A stretch of 62,651 nt of DNA, the filler included, from Nemertoderma westbladi (lineage: Eukaryota; Animalia; Xenacoelomorpha): NCBI GenBank assembly GCA_032718475.1. It is 3 parts of 3 records of this genome, joined end to end, with 100 filler letters (N's around TTAATTAATTAA, not from the genome) between each part and the next. Parts side by side here need not be neighbours in the genome. Positions count along the whole stretch, not along the records: positions 59,531 to 62,651 come from JAUCBJ010003406.1; 2 more parts are not named here. One strand, 5' to 3'. Shown here piece after piece: positions 60,000-62,651 of the stretch. Every line of letters begins with the position of its first letter. Position 1 is the stretch's first letter. Below the pieces are notes generated by a model. The model saw only the letters and a program-made list of their open reading frames with translations, did no database searches and had not been told where the DNA came from. The translations under genes and the position numbers were made by a program.

Positions 60000-62651
60000 A
60001 CACAATCGGCCTCACAGGCGTCAGTTATCTCCTGCCCGCTGCCTGTCTCGCCCTCTACTGGAAAGAGAGCAGCCAACATTTCTTTGAGTCCCTTTCCTGA
60101 TGACCTTTCTGGCCCGAACCCTGGGTCACCAGGGAGGCCAGATCGCGAAGGGGAGAGGGATTCTGGAGTTGGAGGCTACTCTCATGTTCCATCCCGACCA
60201 ACAAAGCCATTGGTGAATCTGAGGCAAGTCACAAGACTAGACTCAGTAAACACCCTAACACTCGGCTCCACAATGCGACAAGGTGAGCTGACTGCCTTGG
60301 CAGATAAGCTTTCTCTTAGTGCAGTGGTTGGGTGTTCAAGAGCACCAAATGCAGACTGGACAGACTGATGAGGTTCTGATTAAGGACATGGGGGCGGTTG
60401 GCGACTCGCCCTAGCGTCAGCAGATGATAGTGGCAATGGTGGAATTGGTTTATTGATGAATCCAACTGCACATGTAGCATTGGACAAAATAGACCAATTC
60501 TCTACTAACCGCATCATCTGTTGCCACTTCTCATGTTCTGGAACACTGGCTACGAAGGTTCCTAAGGTGGTTCTGATTGTGTGCTACTCTCCAACTAGTG
60601 TTGCCCCTGTAGAGGAGGTGGAAAATTTCTACCACAATCTACAAGCAGCTACTGATGGAGTGGATCAGCATGCATTCTTAACATTACTGGGAGACTTTAA
60701 GGGGGGGGGGGGGGGGGTACACCATCTTGGGCAAAAATATGTCGAATTTCTTTTATGGTCTATTATAATGCACGATTAAATGGTGTTTTCATATCTGAAA
60801 ACCGCTATTTAATAGCTCTTTTAGTTTTCAAGTTATAACAATTTCCATTTAGGGAGTCCTATTGAAATTACTATTACTATGTATAAGGTCAGGTCAATTA
60901 TCTCCAAATATTTTTTTTATGAAATTGTCAACTTCAAAACCCTACTACTTCTATAATTTTTGAGCAATTGGTCTGGAAACTTTCTGTGGGTGTCTACATA
61001 GCCATCCTGCATAAAAGTATCAGACAACTTTTCGAAGTTATCTTGTTAATAAAATTTAATACTATTTATAACAAACCTAAAAATTTAGCCTAAATTTGCA
61101 GCGCCACCTAGCGGTTCAGAATTATTTTCACAAAATTTCGCCCGATAGTTATGTTGCGCCATCTTTGATCTATCATATAAAAAAACTTTCATGTGATTAG
61201 ATTCAAAACTGTAAAAGCCTTAGGGTTTTAAGCGTGACCAAGTTTTTTTTATTGTTAACTAGTATTAACTAATATTAAATAGCGAAAAAAAATTTTTCTA
61301 ACCTATCATGTAGAATAGTATCTTAGGCACCTATAATCCAAATTATAGCCCAAAAGAAAAAATTTTGAAACGCTGAGAGTGATAAATCGAAGAGTTGTCC
61401 GAAAATGGTGTACCCCCCCCCCCCCCCCCCCCCCTTAATGCAAGTCTGCATCGATCACCTACATCGCCCTGGGTCTATAGCAATATTGTTAAGTGAAATT
61501 CCGTCCATCTTCAGGATTTTATCTCTGGAAATGGATTGTTTACGGCTGGAACCCAGTTCGGAAAGCCCACAGAAAGCTATGGACTCATAGTGGACCCAGT
61601 GGTCAGAAGTCCCAGATAGACCATATTCTGTTTCGTAGGAAATACAGGAGCTCTATACAAGACTGAAATGCATTTACACTTCGACCTCATCTATCCCATC
61701 ATAGTAGACATGTACCGAACAACAAGAGTCCCACAAGAAATGAAAACAAATAAGTTGGTACCAGTTCCCAAGAAGGGCAACCTAACACTCTATGGTTCTT
61801 TTCGGGGAATCTCATTGATCTCGATTGCTGCAAAGCTATACACAATATAATTCTATTAAATCGCATCAGGGATCCCATTGAGAGACTGCTCCATGGAAAT
61901 CAGAATGGGTTCCGTAAAGGTCGTGGGACCATGGAGACCATTTTGGCACTTAGAAGGATAATTGAAAAGTTATCAAAAAAGAAAGACAGGCATCTGGCTG
62001 TTATCTTTGTTGACTTCTTCAAGGCCTTTGATTCACTCTCTCGCTTACGTATGTTCAGCATACTTTCATTATATAGGATTTCTGATGAAATTATTGCAGC
62101 AATCAGATCAGTATGCGATGGTTCGACAACATTTGTGTCTACTGTTGACGGTGACACAGAACCATTTGAAGTGTTATGGGGCGTCCTCCAGGGAGACACA
62201 CTTGCACCATTATTGTTCATAATTGTGGTTGACTATGTTCTACGCATGTCCTTATATCATCATAATGATGATGGGGTGATGATAACTCCACCTACTGGCT
62301 CCAGAAGTCGACGAAATCCTGCCAAGTACCTAACTGATCTAGACTTTGCTGATGACATAGGAGTACTCTCAGAATCACTAGAGGGAGCCCAACGGCTCCT
62401 CAGCTCATTAGAACATGCTGCTTCTAGTGTTGGTCTTTTTACTAACTCCAGAAAGACCAAAATTTTGACACTTAACTTTGAAAGTCTCTGATCGGATGAG
62501 TATAAGCTCAAGGTGGTATGCTTGAGCATGTGGATGACTTCTGTTACCTGGGATCATGGATCCGGAAGTCAGGTGAGTACCTTCGAATACGTAAGGGAAA
62601 GGCATGGGCAGCCTTGAATAGGCTTTCCAGGATTTGGAAATCACCGAGAAT
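60000..62651 (+). mobile_element. Decayed RTE-like LINE (APE + RT), same family as 44027-45372, interrupted and internally deleted; runs off the window
   Basis: APE motifs (NGGIGLLM, CYSPT, ENFY, LLGDF/NA); 61692-62648 is highly similar to 44027-44990 with stops and frameshifts. Confidence 0.88.
60701..61434. mobile_element. 734-bp non-autonomous DNA transposon with TTAA TSD and poly-G/poly-C termini (Kolobok-like)
   Basis: TTAA|G17-TACACCAT ... ATGGTGTA-C22|TTAA; removing it and one TTAA restores GGA GAC TTT AAT GCA (GDFNA). Confidence 0.88.

Overview
This is eukaryotic (invertebrate animal) genomic DNA, not prokaryotic. It is AT-rich and dense in transposons and satellites. It consists of three contigs joined by 100-nt N-linkers containing TTAATTAATTAA (28180-28279, 59431-59530), so adjacency across the joins is unproven. 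Contig 1 holds three genes with intron-free coding regions: cytosolic carboxypeptidase 1 (AGTPBP1/Nna1, minus), an Aven-like protein (minus) and an OFA-like MFS transporter (plus). Contig 2 holds the first four coding exons of a T-type (Cav3) calcium channel, which the ORF track does not assemble. Its first coding intron is a 9.2-kb minor-spliceosome (U12) AT-AC intron, and its second 5' splice site has been amplified into a tandem array. Contig 3 is a decayed RTE-like LINE split at its GDFNA motif by a TTAA-targeting element. Other notable items are a tandem pair of minimal hammerhead ribozyme motifs, foldback MITEs with clean TSDs, a head-to-tail stack of hairpin elements, a ~50-bp core motif reused in unrelated MITE arms, and a satellite whose unexpanded ancestor lies nearby. 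All family assignments come from motif recognition by eye. No database search was run, and repeat boundaries are approximate unless a TSD is given.
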